Assembly: GCA_964291405.2 (NCBI GenBank)
Contig: OZ219926.1
Location: 4,192,001-4,256,000 of the forward strand
DNA from: Thermodesulfobacteriota bacterium
GTDB taxonomy: Bacteria; Desulfobacterota; Binatia; Bin18
DNA length: 64,000 nucleotides
Reading direction: 5' to 3'
Below the pieces are notes generated by a model that was not told the DNA's origin, did no database searches, and was given only the letters and a program-made list of their open reading frames with translations. The position numbers and the translations under genes are program-made. Of the stretch, positions 17,621-27,669 are shown piece by piece. Position 1 is the first letter of the stretch. Every line of letters starts with the position of its first letter.

Positions 17621-20044
17621 ATGGCCCATACCCCCCCAGGTCACAAAAAAGGCACCGCCGACCGTATCATTGAAGCCTATCTGGCAGTTCTCTGGCGACA
17701 CCGTCTTGCGTATATGGTCGCCTTGGCGATCGCGACTGTCCTCTGGGGCTATCAAGCCCGTAAGGTCGAAATGTACAGCCAGTTTGCCGACCTCCTGCCC
17801 CAGGGCCACGACTACATCCAAGCCTACAACCAGCATCGGCCGACCTTTGGTGGGGCCAATATTGTGACGGCGGTCCTCCAGGTAGAGGAAGGGGATATTT
17901 TCACCAAAGAAAGTCTGGAAAAGGTTCGTTACCTCACGGATCAACTCGACCAGATTACCGGTGTGGACCATAACCAGGTGGCTTCGCTCTCCCACGTCAA
18001 AATCCGCAATATCAAGACCTTGCCGGGCGGCATGGTGCGTTCATACCCGGTGCTTCCCGTTGATGTGCCGGACGACCCCAATGAGCTCAGCGCGCTGAAA
18101 TTCGAGATGTTCAATAACGATATCGTTATGAACAAATACGTCTCAGAGGACGGCAAAGCCGCGCTCGTTCTTGCCGGATTTAACGAAGACCGGCTGGATT
18201 ACCGGGAAATTCAACGCGAGATCACGCGTATCCGGAGTGAAATAGAAGACGACAACACAAAAGTGTACGTCGCTGGCGAGCCGGCGCTCAAAGGCTGGGT
18301 CTGGTTTTTCACCGGCGAGCTGTTCATGATCTTCACCTTCACCGGAATAATGGTCTTTCTTGCGCTGATTATCTATTTCCGGCGAGCTTACGGGGTGCTC
18401 GTCCCGTTGATTGGCGCGGCCATCCAGACCGTGTGGGGTCTGGGCTGGGTTGGCTGGTGGGGTTTTAACCTTGATCCGCTCATCCTGGTGATTCCGCTGC
18501 TGATCACGGCCCGCTCGGTCAGCCACGCGGTGCAGATGATTGAGCGCTATTTCGAAGAACTCGAGGTCTCGCAAGACCAGGAGAAAGCGGCGTTTACCTG
18601 TCTGAGCGACTTGTTTCTACCAGGCGTGACGGGTGTCATCAGCGACTCCGGTGGGATTCTCGTCCTGTCCGTGGCCACTATCCCGCTGATCGAGAAGCTC
18701 GCCTACTATGGCAGTTTCTGGGCATTTGCCAATATCTTCTGCATCACGCACACCATGCCCATCCTGCTGTCATATTTCCCAAGGCCAAAGCAAACAGAAC
18801 ATTTCATTCCGCGTTGGATGGAGGTCACGTTGATCACAGTCGGCAATATCGCCACCGGGCGGACCAGCCGCTGGGTGATTATGGTCGCCGCCGCGATAAC
18901 CATCTTCTTTGGCGTGCGGACCGCGATCACCGTACCGATTGGCGAGCAGGAGGCCGGCTCGCCGCTGCTGTGGCAGGATGCCCACTATAATGTGTCCGCC
19001 CGGACGATTAACGAGCGATTTGCTGGGGCCAACCAACTGGTGATCTACCTCGAAGGCGAGCGTGAGCATATCCTCAAGGAACCGCATGTGCTCGATACGC
19101 TTGAGGAAATGCGTCGCTATTTGTTGGAGCAGGAAGAGGCAGGCGATACGCGTGAGTTATATACCTTAGCCCGCGACCTCAATCGCCGCTATCATTACGG
19201 CGACCCACGCTGGCAGGTCATTCCGCCTGATAGATCGATCACCGGGAATTTGATTTTTGTGTATGAAGCCTCGGCTCCCATATCGGGTGTTATTCTTGAG
19301 TACACCGATATGGTCTACCAGAACGGCCAGTTTGTCGTGTTTTACAAGGACGTAAAGGGCGACACCGTCCGTGAGGCGATCGCCCGGGCGAAGAAGTTCA
19401 TGGCTGAGCATCCGATTGAGGCGGTGAGTCTGCGCTTGGCCGGCGGATTTATCGGAACGACGGCGGCCCTGAATGAGGAGATTGATCGCTCCGAGAAGCA
19501 GGCCGCCATGCTTGTCATTGCGACGGTTTACACCCTGGTCCTTTTGAGTTACGGTTCCATCATCGCGGCAACCCTGGTGATGCTCGCGCTGGTTGCCGCG
19601 GGGGTGGCCAGCTATATGTACGTCTCCTTTATGGGCATCGGCATTAACATCAACTCGCTGCCCGTGACCGCAGTGGGGATGGGTATTGGAGTGGACTACA
19701 TCTTGTACGTCGTTGATCGGATTCGACTCGAAGTCCCGCGGGCAGGAGGCGATTTGGTTGCCGGCATTAAACGCACGGTGTCAACAACGGGTATGGCTGT
19801 GACCTTTACCGCCACGACGATGATTGCCGGTGTGATTCCGTGGTATTTCATGTCGAGTTTGCGTTTCTCCGCGGAGATGGCCTTACTCTTGGCCATTCTG
19901 CTGGTGACACACTGGTTGTCGGCGCTGACCATGATCCCGGCCATGATTGCGATTGTGAAGCCGAGGTTTGTGGTTGGGGAGCCTGTGCAGGTTGAGGAAG
20001 AGCAGCCGGTGATGGCGGAGCCGAGCCCGCAACCAACGAGTTGA
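17621..20044 (+). CDS. RND/MMPL family transporter
   Basis: Two repeats of TM plus periplasmic domain; ARSVSHAVQ, GMGIGVDY, TTGMAV; SD AGGAGG. Confidence 0.9.
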   Translation: MAHTPPGHKKGTADRIIEAYLAVLWRHRLAYMVALAIATVLWGYQARKVEMYSQFADLLPQGHDYIQAYNQHRPTFGGANIVTAVLQVEEGDIFTKESLEKVRYLTDQLDQITGVDHNQVASLSHVKIRNIKTLPGGMVRSYPVLPVDVPDDPNELSALKFEMFNNDIVMNKYVSEDGKAALVLAGFNEDRLDYREIQREITRIRSEIEDDNTKVYVAGEPALKGWVWFFTGELFMIFTFTGIMVFLALIIYFRRAYGVLVPLIGAAIQTVWGLGWVGWWGFNLDPLILVIPLLITARSVSHAVQMIERYFEELEVSQDQEKAAFTCLSDLFLPGVTGVISDSGGILVLSVATIPLIEKLAYYGSFWAFANIFCITHTMPILLSYFPRPKQTEHFIPRWMEVTLITVGNIATGRTSRWVIMVAAAITIFFGVRTAITVPIGEQEAGSPLLWQDAHYNVSARTINERFAGANQLVIYLEGEREHILKEPHVLDTLEEMRRYLLEQEEAGDTRELYTLARDLNRRYHYGDPRWQVIPPDRSITGNLIFVYEASAPISGVILEYTDMVYQNGQFVVFYKDVKGDTVREAIARAKKFMAEHPIEAVSLRLAGGFIGTTAALNEEIDRSEKQAAMLVIATVYTLVLLSYGSIIAATLVMLALVAAGVASYMYVSFMGIGININSLPVTAVGMGIGVDYILYVVDRIRLEVPRAGGDLVAGIKRTVSTTGMAVTFTATTMIAGVIPWYFMSSLRFSAEMALLLAILLVTHWLSALTMIPAMIAIVKPRFVVGEPVQVEEEQPVMAEPSPQPTS

Positions 20045-20140
20045 TAAAAGTTTGAGGGATTATTGTGAAGAATGGCCCCTCCTGGGGGTAGTAAAGATTT
20101 TCCCTTCGTGAGGGCGAAGGGCAAGGAAGGAGGCCTCGTT

Positions 20141-22321
20141 ATGAAACGAGCAGGGAGAGGGAAGCTGACCGGTCTCTGGCTGGGGATAACAGCCATTGGA
20201 CTGAGTATGGCGCTCGCCATTCCATCTGCGGATGCGGCCGGGCGTAAAGATAGAGGATTTATGGATAGTTTCGAGAGAATGGCGATCCACGGCTATGTGG
20301 ATAATTTCTCCATTCTACGGAGCGATAACTTTAAAGACGACTATCATATCGCGTCGTCCCGCTACCGGGCCAGCGTGCAGTTGGCCGGTCCCCTGTACGT
20401 CATGCAGGACTACTTCCAGCGCTTCGAGTACTTCATCGAACTGCGGCCCGAGTACGAGTCGATCTACGACATAAGTCACAGGTTCGGAAACGGTCGAAAT
20501 GGTAAGGTCTCCGGGCGCTCTGGTAAGCCCAGTCCGAACAATGCGGCTTTTCTCCAAGCCTTCGGACTTGCCCCCCGCAACTATGGTGGGTTCTGGCCGA
20601 AGGAACCGAACGCGACCGGCGGCGGAAATATTGAGTTCTTGCACACCTTGACACCTGGCTCGACGTACGGCGTGCCCGGCCGCGATGTGGATTCGCGAAG
20701 CCGGGGGTACTATGGCCTGGACGCCAGCCAGAACGATCTGCGCTTCGGCATGCTGCGCGAGACCAATATGGACCTGTACTATCCCGTCCGCGAGGCGTAT
20801 TTGGACCTCTTCTGGAGGGGGTTGGGAGGCCGGAACTGGCTGCGTATCGGAAAACAGCAGCATGTGTGGGGGAAGGCCGACTTCTTCCGCCTGCAAGACA
20901 TCGTGAACCCGGTCAACTTCGGTGACCACTTCTTCATCGACCTGTTCGACGACACGCGCGTGCCGCTGTGGTCGGCCTTGTTCGAGCACCGCTTCGGCAA
21001 CATCGGTTTTCTGCGCGACGTGGCCGGTAGCGTGATCTATGTCTTCGACCGCCACACGCCGACCGGTCTCGGTCATCCGGCTCAGCCGTGGGCCACGGGC
21101 TTCGGTCGGACGATCGACGGGTTCGTGTTCGGGAACGATCTGTTCGCCACCGCCCTTTTTCCTGGCACGTCCGACCACTACGCCATGGCAGGCGAGGGCA
21201 GGCCGTGGCTGCCGTTCAAGAATATGGCGCTGTATAAAAACCGCGCCCCGCACTGGAACCTGAAGAACGGCGGTATCGGTATGCGCTGGGAAGCCACTGT
21301 CGGCAACCTGCGTGTCCAGGTCACCGACTACTTCGCGTTTCCCGACCTGCCGGTGACCGGATGGGACCGTATCAACGTTATCAACTCTCCGGGCTGCGCA
21401 ACGGATGGCAATGGGAACAGCATTCTGCCGGCCGACCGGAATGACGCGCCGATTACGGCGGAACAATTGGCCGGCGCAGACCACAAGTCATTTCATAAGG
21501 ACGGCGGCACGGTATACGGCGACAAACTCATCGGTGTCAAGCCGAAGCACATCAATATCCGTGAGGCTGGCATCTTCAAAGAGGGCGGAGCGGCATACGG
21601 CACCAAGGCGAAAAACCGCCATGCCAAATATGCCAACCTGTGCGGTTTCGGCGGCTCGCTGGCTGCCAGATATCGCAAGACGAACACCCTAGGTCTGTCG
21701 CTTGACTGGTTTGAGCCGTACACCGGCTTCGTTATTCGCTGGGAATCGTCCTGGACCACCAACGCGCTGTTGAACGACACGGCCAAGATCGACCTGATGG
21801 GCGACGGCAATGCCTTCAAGTGGGTGTTGGGGATCGACCGACCGACCCTGATTCGCTGGCTCAATCCAACGCGGAGCTTCTTCCTGAGCGCCCAGGCGTA
21901 CGGAACCCACTATCCCGACTCGCGGGCTGGCCGCCGCGGTATCGTGAGCGAGAACAACAACTTCATCTTTACCGTGTTCGCGCAGAACCACTTCATGCGT
22001 GACCAGTTGGTGTATCTGGTCTTTGGCGCGTTCGGCACCGCAGCCCAGGACGGCACGACCGGCGGCAATATCGAGTATCTGATCACCAACAACTGGTCGG
22101 TCACGCTCGGTTTCACCGCGTTTCTTGGCGCACGGCACCGCCACGACCTCGGCACGTTCGGGGTATTCAACGATGGCTCGTGCTATGGTGGCTTCGCTGG
22201 TCCAGGCTCCTGCCAGGGGCCATTTACGGAAGCTGGCTTCGGCCTGTTCCATATGCAGGCCGGTGGCTCGGAGCGGAACCAGATGAACGAATTCTGGGGT
22301 CGCCTGCGTTATCGGTTCTAG
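20141..22321 (+). CDS. DUF1302-like outer-membrane beta-barrel protein
   Basis: Signal peptide; REAYLD, LRIGKQQHVWG.AD, D.VNP; C-terminal LRYRF barrel signal; SD GGAGG before ATG 20141. Confidence 0.78.
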   Translation: MKRAGRGKLTGLWLGITAIGLSMALAIPSADAAGRKDRGFMDSFERMAIHGYVDNFSILRSDNFKDDYHIASSRYRASVQLAGPLYVMQDYFQRFEYFIELRPEYESIYDISHRFGNGRNGKVSGRSGKPSPNNAAFLQAFGLAPRNYGGFWPKEPNATGGGNIEFLHTLTPGSTYGVPGRDVDSRSRGYYGLDASQNDLRFGMLRETNMDLYYPVREAYLDLFWRGLGGRNWLRIGKQQHVWGKADFFRLQDIVNPVNFGDHFFIDLFDDTRVPLWSALFEHRFGNIGFLRDVAGSVIYVFDRHTPTGLGHPAQPWATGFGRTIDGFVFGNDLFATALFPGTSDHYAMAGEGRPWLPFKNMALYKNRAPHWNLKNGGIGMRWEATVGNLRVQVTDYFAFPDLPVTGWDRINVINSPGCATDGNGNSILPADRNDAPITAEQLAGADHKSFHKDGGTVYGDKLIGVKPKHINIREAGIFKEGGAAYGTKAKNRHAKYANLCGFGGSLAARYRKTNTLGLSLDWFEPYTGFVIRWESSWTTNALLNDTAKIDLMGDGNAFKWVLGIDRPTLIRWLNPTRSFFLSAQAYGTHYPDSRAGRRGIVSENNNFIFTVFAQNHFMRDQLVYLVFGAFGTAAQDGTTGGNIEYLITNNWSVTLGFTAFLGARHRHDLGTFGVFNDGSCYGGFAGPGSCQGPFTEAGFGLFHMQAGGSERNQMNEFWGRLRYRF

Positions 22322-22481
22322 AGTGTAAGGGAGCGGTGCATACATCGCCCCCTTAGCACTGACTCTAATGGGTCGGTGAGGATTGAAACCAACAGTATAA
22401 AAATACCTGCTGAAGAATTATTGACTTCCTAAAAAAGTCAACTAAAAATAGAGCGGTAATTTTTCTTAATGAGGAGGATTT

Positions 22482-23924
22482 ATGAAACGACTTATAGCGT
22501 TTTCGTTTCTCGCGGCCTGCAGCCTGTTGTGGGCGCAGACCAGCGTACTGGCGCAGGGCGGTGACGCGACCACGTACACGCGCGATACATTCGAGCAATG
22601 GTTCAACGAGACCAAAGACGCCGAGCCGGAATTTAATCCCGGTGACACGTTGACGCACGCCGACCTGCCTAAGGTAAGGCCGTTCATGTTCCCCGGCTAT
22701 TTCGAGCAGTTCGAGAAGTGGAACGACGGTACGCTGCAAATGGAGGTGGCTGAAACCTATAACGTGACACCACACCAAGTTGTGCGGGACTGCGACGAGA
22801 AGTTCCAGAAGCAGGTCACGCTGGCCGCGGACGGCGCGCTCGAGAACTACATCTGCGGTTATCCGTTTTCGAACGAGGATATCCGGACCGAGACGGACAT
22901 GAGCATTGCCGGTCTCAAGGTGGCCTGGAACTACGACAAGCGCTTTTACTGGCGCGGCTACTTCGTTGCCAACGCGCTGAGCACGTGGCTGAGGTTCGGC
23001 GGCGAGCACGAGACTCCGGAGCCGACGAAACCACCCGATGCCTGGATTGGTGGTGAAATCGATATCGACACGGACTGGGACTACGATTTCGAGAAGATCT
23101 ACGGCGGCGGCGGCACCTACGAGCGTAGCCTTGGAACCTTCTATCACAAGGCCTATCACTCCCAGATGGCCATGTTTCCGGAAAACAACTACAACCTGCC
23201 CGAAAACGATGACGCCGGCACCGTGCACTGGAAAGAGTTCACCGGCTTCTTCGAGCCGTACGATGTGCGGGGCACCGCGTTCATCATCCAGCGCTATATC
23301 GACCCGCGCCGGACCGATGACGGCTGGGCCTACGTTCCGAGCTTGCGGCGCGTGCGGCGTATTTCGGCCGAGGTGAAGTCTGACTCGCTGATGGGCACCG
23401 AGCATACCCTGGAAGACTTCTACGGCTTCTCGGGCCGTCCGCTCGAGTGGGACTGGGTGTTCTGGGGTCCCAAGAAGTTCCTGACTGTGCACGCCCTGAC
23501 CAAATGGGAAGACGACGGCGTGCGCTACGGTGGGCCCGACGGCTGGCTCAACGACGACATCTGGCAGATCCGCGAGCTGTTCGTGGTGGAACGTATTCCG
23601 AAAGACCCGCGCCATCCGTACAAGAGCGCGATCATGGCGATTGACCCGCAAACCTGGGAGACCTGGAACCACATTGCTTTCGACCGTAAAGGGAAACTGT
23701 GGAAGTTGTGGCAGTGGGGCTACCAGTGGGCTGACGATTCCAAGAAGTATACGTACATGAACGCCAATCGTGGCGCGATTCACTGGCGGAACGTGGACAC
23801 GGTCGACATTCAGAACGGTCGCGGCAACCTGTGGCGCGAATACGCCGGTGGTCTGCCTGACTTTTCGATGGACTATATTAATGGCCTGTACGACCTTAAC
23901 CGTCTGACTGAGCTGCACCGCTAA
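22482..23924 (+). CDS. DUF1329 family periplasmic protein
   Basis: Signal peptide; LENYICGYPF, KVAWN, DDGWAYVPSLRRVRRIS, HPY, DRKGKLWK; SD GAGGAGG. Confidence 0.88.
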   Translation: MKRLIAFSFLAACSLLWAQTSVLAQGGDATTYTRDTFEQWFNETKDAEPEFNPGDTLTHADLPKVRPFMFPGYFEQFEKWNDGTLQMEVAETYNVTPHQVVRDCDEKFQKQVTLAADGALENYICGYPFSNEDIRTETDMSIAGLKVAWNYDKRFYWRGYFVANALSTWLRFGGEHETPEPTKPPDAWIGGEIDIDTDWDYDFEKIYGGGGTYERSLGTFYHKAYHSQMAMFPENNYNLPENDDAGTVHWKEFTGFFEPYDVRGTAFIIQRYIDPRRTDDGWAYVPSLRRVRRISAEVKSDSLMGTEHTLEDFYGFSGRPLEWDWVFWGPKKFLTVHALTKWEDDGVRYGGPDGWLNDDIWQIRELFVVERIPKDPRHPYKSAIMAIDPQTWETWNHIAFDRKGKLWKLWQWGYQWADDSKKYTYMNANRGAIHWRNVDTVDIQNGRGNLWREYAGGLPDFSMDYINGLYDLNRLTELHR

Positions 23925-23944
23925 ACAGCCTCAGAAGACATCTC

Positions 23945-23980
23945 CAAGGGGGAGCAGATATCTGCTCCCCCTTGTCCTTT
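23945..23980 (+). terminator. Perfect 30-bp palindrome/terminator after DUF1329
   Basis: CAAGGGGGAGCAGA-TA-TCTGCTCCCCCTTG followed by TCCTTT. Confidence 0.7.
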
Positions 23981-24013
23981 CGGGTTGCGAACGGTGAGAA
24001 CATGGGCTTCAGC

Positions 24014-24490
24014 ATGAAAAGCATCCTGACTATCGTTGTGAGCCTTGGCGTTCTGTGTGTCGCCGGTGATCTCCGGGCAGAAGGAGAGCCGCAACCAACG
24101 GCACCCAAAGCCACTGCGTATTACGGCTGGCTGGATAAATTTGAAAACCCGTCTCACCAACCGGCACCGACCCAGAAGAGTGATGCCCGCCCGCTGACTG
24201 AAAAAGGTCAGGCCGAACAGGCCGCGCAACACGACATCGCTTCAGTCAAGACACCCCCTTCGACAGAGGACGGAGGCGGTGCGGTTCCCGACGCTAGTGT
24301 CGAGGAGGAGACCGCCGCGCCAGGTGAGGGCCTGGGCTGCTATTACCACCGTGCCTACTATTCTCACCTCCCCATGTTTAAGGATGACGTCTATTCGCTA
24401 CGTGGCTCTTTTGACGTAGCGGAAACCTTTCATAAGCCATCCGAAGACGTCATTTCTGTGCCTCCTGATCAGGCGACGCAGACGGAATAG
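24014..24490 (+). CDS. Secreted low-complexity protein carrying a DUF1329-like segment
   Basis: Signal peptide; LGCYYHRAYYSHLPMFKDDVYSL aligns with LGTFYHKAYHSQMAMFPENNYNL of the upstream DUF1329. Confidence 0.6.
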   Translation: MKSILTIVVSLGVLCVAGDLRAEGEPQPTAPKATAYYGWLDKFENPSHQPAPTQKSDARPLTEKGQAEQAAQHDIASVKTPPSTEDGGGAVPDASVEEETAAPGEGLGCYYHRAYYSHLPMFKDDVYSLRGSFDVAETFHKPSEDVISVPPDQATQTE

Positions 24491-24520
24491 TCTGTCTCGC
24501 AGGGTGATGAACCCTTCCTC

Positions 24521-26428
24521 ATGTCTCGGCTCTCACTTATAGTGAATAGTCCAAGACGAATCCTCAGCGTCGCTGTTTCTTTTGCCGTTCTCTGTTTTGT
24601 GCCGTTTGCTTCTGGTGCGGACGAAGCGCCGGGCTCCCGTCTCAAGCAACTAGCCGAAGAAGCCGGGCGTTTACACGCGGCTGGAAAATTTCAAGCCGCC
24701 ATTCCTGTTGCGCGCGAACTCCTTGAGCAAACGGAAAAGATCGCCGGCCCCGATCATCCGCTCGTCTCTCAAAGCCTGAATAACCTCGCCCTCCTTCTCC
24801 AGCAGACCCGTCAATACACGGAAGCTCGTCAGCTCTTCGAACGGGCGCTGAGCATTGACGAGAAGGCGCTTGGAAGCAACCATCCCGGAATTATCCGCAG
24901 TCTGACCAATCTGGCCCTTGTGCTCCAGGATCAGCAGCAGTTTGATGCCGCCCGTCCGCTGTTCGAGCGCGCTCTGAGCATTACAGAGGCCGCCTATGGG
25001 CAGTCGCATGCCGCGGTTGCCGTGAGTGTCGGCAACCTGGCCATGCTGTACAAAGAGCAAAAGCAATATGAGCAGGCCCGTCCGCTTTTTGAACGGGCAT
25101 TGACGATCCACCAACAGCAACTCGGGAACGAACACCCGGCTGTTGCGCTGAGTATGATTAATCTGAGCGAGCTGTTGATTGCGACGAAACAGTATAACGG
25201 AGCCCGAACCTTACTCCAGAGTGCGCTCTCCATTCATGAGCGCACGCACGGCGCTCAGCATCCTGTTGTTGCCGATGACCTGACCCGGTTAGGGCTGCTT
25301 ATGAAGGAAATGGGCAATTACACCGAGGCAGGAGAAGTACAGCAACGCGCGCTCGAAATCCGAGAGACGGCGCTGGACCCGTCACATCCCGATGTGGCTG
25401 CGAGCCTCAACAATCTCGGATCGGCGTTATATCAAATAGGAGAATTCGCCAAAGCAAGACCCATGTTTGAGCGGGCTGCCGAGATCTATACCGCTGCCTA
25501 TGGTATGACGCATCCAGACGTAGGCACCAGTCTGAACAACCTGGCATCCCTCTTATATCAGGTCCGGAACTACGCTGAGGCCGCACAGGTCTATGAGCGC
25601 GTCATTGCGATCAACGAACAAGCGCTGGGCAAAGACCACCCTGTTGTGGCGATGAATCTGAACAATATGGCCTTAGCCCTGCGCGAGGGGGGGGATAGCG
25701 TCCGTCCGCTGCCCCTGTACGAGCGAGCGCTTCAGATCACCGAGGCGGCCTATGGCCAGGCCCATCCCAATGTTGCGGTCAGTCTGAATAACCTGGCTTC
25801 TCTGCACCATCAGAATGGCAATTTTGAGACCGCCCGTCCGCTGTTTGAACGATCCGTGCGGGTGATGAAGACCGCGCTGGGTGAGGATCATCCGAATATT
25901 GCAACGAGCCTGAATCAGTTTGCGCTATTCCTGAAAGATGCCGGGGACCTTACCGCCTCTCAGCAGTATTATGAAGAAGCCCTGGCGGTTGAGACCAAGG
26001 CGTTGGAACCTGGGCAGCGGGATATTGCGGTCAGTCTGAATAATCTGGCCACGACCCTGAGTGGCATCGCTGACCTTCTCCAGGACACCAAGGATTATAC
26101 GACGTTCTTACCCCTGTACGAGCAGGCCGCTTCAGTTATGGAGACATCGCTTGGCGCAGATCATCCGAACGTTGCGCTGAATCTCCGAACCCAGGCGATG
26201 TTCTATGCAGAGCAGGGGAAAAATGAAGAGGCGGTATCGCTCACAGAGCGAGCGGTCCACATCCAAGAGGAGGCCCTGCCCGCGGACAGCCCAGTAATCC
26301 GCGAGACGCTTGAACAACTCGCTCGGCTGTATGAAAAGATCGGGAGGACGGATACGGCCAAACAGACACGTGACCGTCTGAGAGCTCTGCAAGCGGCTTC
26401 TCCTCAACAGGAAGACCTCTCTCAGTAG
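24521..26428 (+). CDS. Secreted TPR protein (42-aa kinesin-light-chain-type repeats)
   Basis: Signal peptide then about 13 repeats of HP.VA.SLNNLA...Y..A.PL.ERAL.I.E..LG. Confidence 0.92.
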   Translation: MSRLSLIVNSPRRILSVAVSFAVLCFVPFASGADEAPGSRLKQLAEEAGRLHAAGKFQAAIPVARELLEQTEKIAGPDHPLVSQSLNNLALLLQQTRQYTEARQLFERALSIDEKALGSNHPGIIRSLTNLALVLQDQQQFDAARPLFERALSITEAAYGQSHAAVAVSVGNLAMLYKEQKQYEQARPLFERALTIHQQQLGNEHPAVALSMINLSELLIATKQYNGARTLLQSALSIHERTHGAQHPVVADDLTRLGLLMKEMGNYTEAGEVQQRALEIRETALDPSHPDVAASLNNLGSALYQIGEFAKARPMFERAAEIYTAAYGMTHPDVGTSLNNLASLLYQVRNYAEAAQVYERVIAINEQALGKDHPVVAMNLNNMALALREGGDSVRPLPLYERALQITEAAYGQAHPNVAVSLNNLASLHHQNGNFETARPLFERSVRVMKTALGEDHPNIATSLNQFALFLKDAGDLTASQQYYEEALAVETKALEPGQRDIAVSLNNLATTLSGIADLLQDTKDYTTFLPLYEQAASVMETSLGADHPNVALNLRTQAMFYAEQGKNEEAVSLTERAVHIQEEALPADSPVIRETLEQLARLYEKIGRTDTAKQTRDRLRALQAASPQQEDLSQ

Positions 26429-26499
26429 AGAGGCACAGCCTTTTCAGCAAACAGGATTCTTGATTAGGTAGGATCGTCTCAGACAAAAAGGAGTTGTGT

Positions 26500-27663
26500 A
26501 TGCGTCGGGTTGCCCTGGTTGGGGCGGGACTGTCACGCTTTGGGGTGCGCGCCGCCGGCTTTCGGGAATTGCTTGCCGAGGCCGGTCAGGCCTGCTTTGC
26601 TTCTGTTCCGCACCTGACGCCCAAGAACATCGAAGGGCTGGTCGTCGGTGCCGTCCTGCCTGAACGGGCGGCCTTTCAAAGTCATATTGCTCCGCTTGCC
26701 GCGGAAACGCTGGGTATTCAGCCGAGCAAGCTCTCGGCCCGGACCGAACATATGTGTGCCAGCGGCACTGCAGGCATACGCTATGCCTACGCATTTATTG
26801 CCGCCGGTCTGGCCGATGTCGTCATGGTGCTGGGGGTCGAGAAGCTCAATCTCCCCAATATGGGTGAGGCCGTGCTGAATATGGGGACTGGGGTGGACCG
26901 AGACTGGGAAGCCTGTTTCGGTCTCACTGCCCCGCCTTCCTTTGCCCTGGCCGCCCAACTGCATATGGCCGAATACGGCACGACAGAAGAGCAGCTTGCC
27001 CAAGTGGCGGTGAAGAACCATACACATTCAAGCAAGAATACGTACGCCCATTTTCAGAACGGCGTCACCCTGGATGCGGTCGTATGCTCGCGCATGATCG
27101 CCTCCCCGCTCCGGCTGTTTATGTGTTCTCCTATCACCGATGGCGCGGCTGCCGTTATCCTGGCGAGCGAAGAGCGGGCCAAGGAGATAACGGACAAGCC
27201 GGTCTTTATCCGCGGAACCGGGCAGGCGGTCCACGGGTTTTCGGTCTCCAGCCTCGACCCTGATTATGCCAGTTGGCCGGCCATGAAACAGGCTGCCGGG
27301 GACGCCTACGCCATGGCCGGGATACAGGCGAGCGCTGTGGGTTTTGCCGAGGTCCACGACTGTTTTGCCATCGCCGAGATTATTGCCTACGAAGAGCTTG
27401 GATTCTGCCCCAAGGGCGCAGGCGGTCCGTTCGTTGCGGAGGGGCGGTCCGATTACGGCGGGGACGTGGTCGTTAATCCGCGTGGCGGGCTGATGGGTTG
27501 CGGACACCCGCTTGGGGCCACGGGGGTGGCTCAGGCGGTCGAAGCCTTTTGGCAACTGCGCGGGGAAGCAGGCGAACGCCAGGTTCCGGAGGCGCATATC
27601 GGATTGACGCATAATAATAGTGGGATGGGCGAGCATGTGGTCATGATTTATGGGCGGGAGTAG
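26500..27663 (+). CDS. Thiolase, SCP-x/archaeal type
   Basis: EHMCASG nucleophile, CSPITDGAAA, EVHDCF, GHPLGATG. Confidence 0.92.
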   Translation: MRRVALVGAGLSRFGVRAAGFRELLAEAGQACFASVPHLTPKNIEGLVVGAVLPERAAFQSHIAPLAAETLGIQPSKLSARTEHMCASGTAGIRYAYAFIAAGLADVVMVLGVEKLNLPNMGEAVLNMGTGVDRDWEACFGLTAPPSFALAAQLHMAEYGTTEEQLAQVAVKNHTHSSKNTYAHFQNGVTLDAVVCSRMIASPLRLFMCSPITDGAAAVILASEERAKEITDKPVFIRGTGQAVHGFSVSSLDPDYASWPAMKQAAGDAYAMAGIQASAVGFAEVHDCFAIAEIIAYEELGFCPKGAGGPFVAEGRSDYGGDVVVNPRGGLMGCGHPLGATGVAQAVEAFWQLRGEAGERQVPEAHIGLTHNNSGMGEHVVMIYGRE

Positions 27664-27669
27664 CTGCCT

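Noticed and set aside
22421-22441. TTGACT-N9-AGTCAA palindrome before DUF1329
   Set aside because: Possible operator or -35, but single copy with no convincing -10 or cognate regulator
20315-23918. Long minus-strand ORFs (389, 218 and 517 aa)
   Set aside because: Antisense to the strongly codon-biased DUF1302 and DUF1329 genes
24700-26350. 126-bp periodicity as a possible CRISPR or DNA repeat array
   Set aside because: Coding TPR repeats with synonymous divergence; no spacers or cas genes
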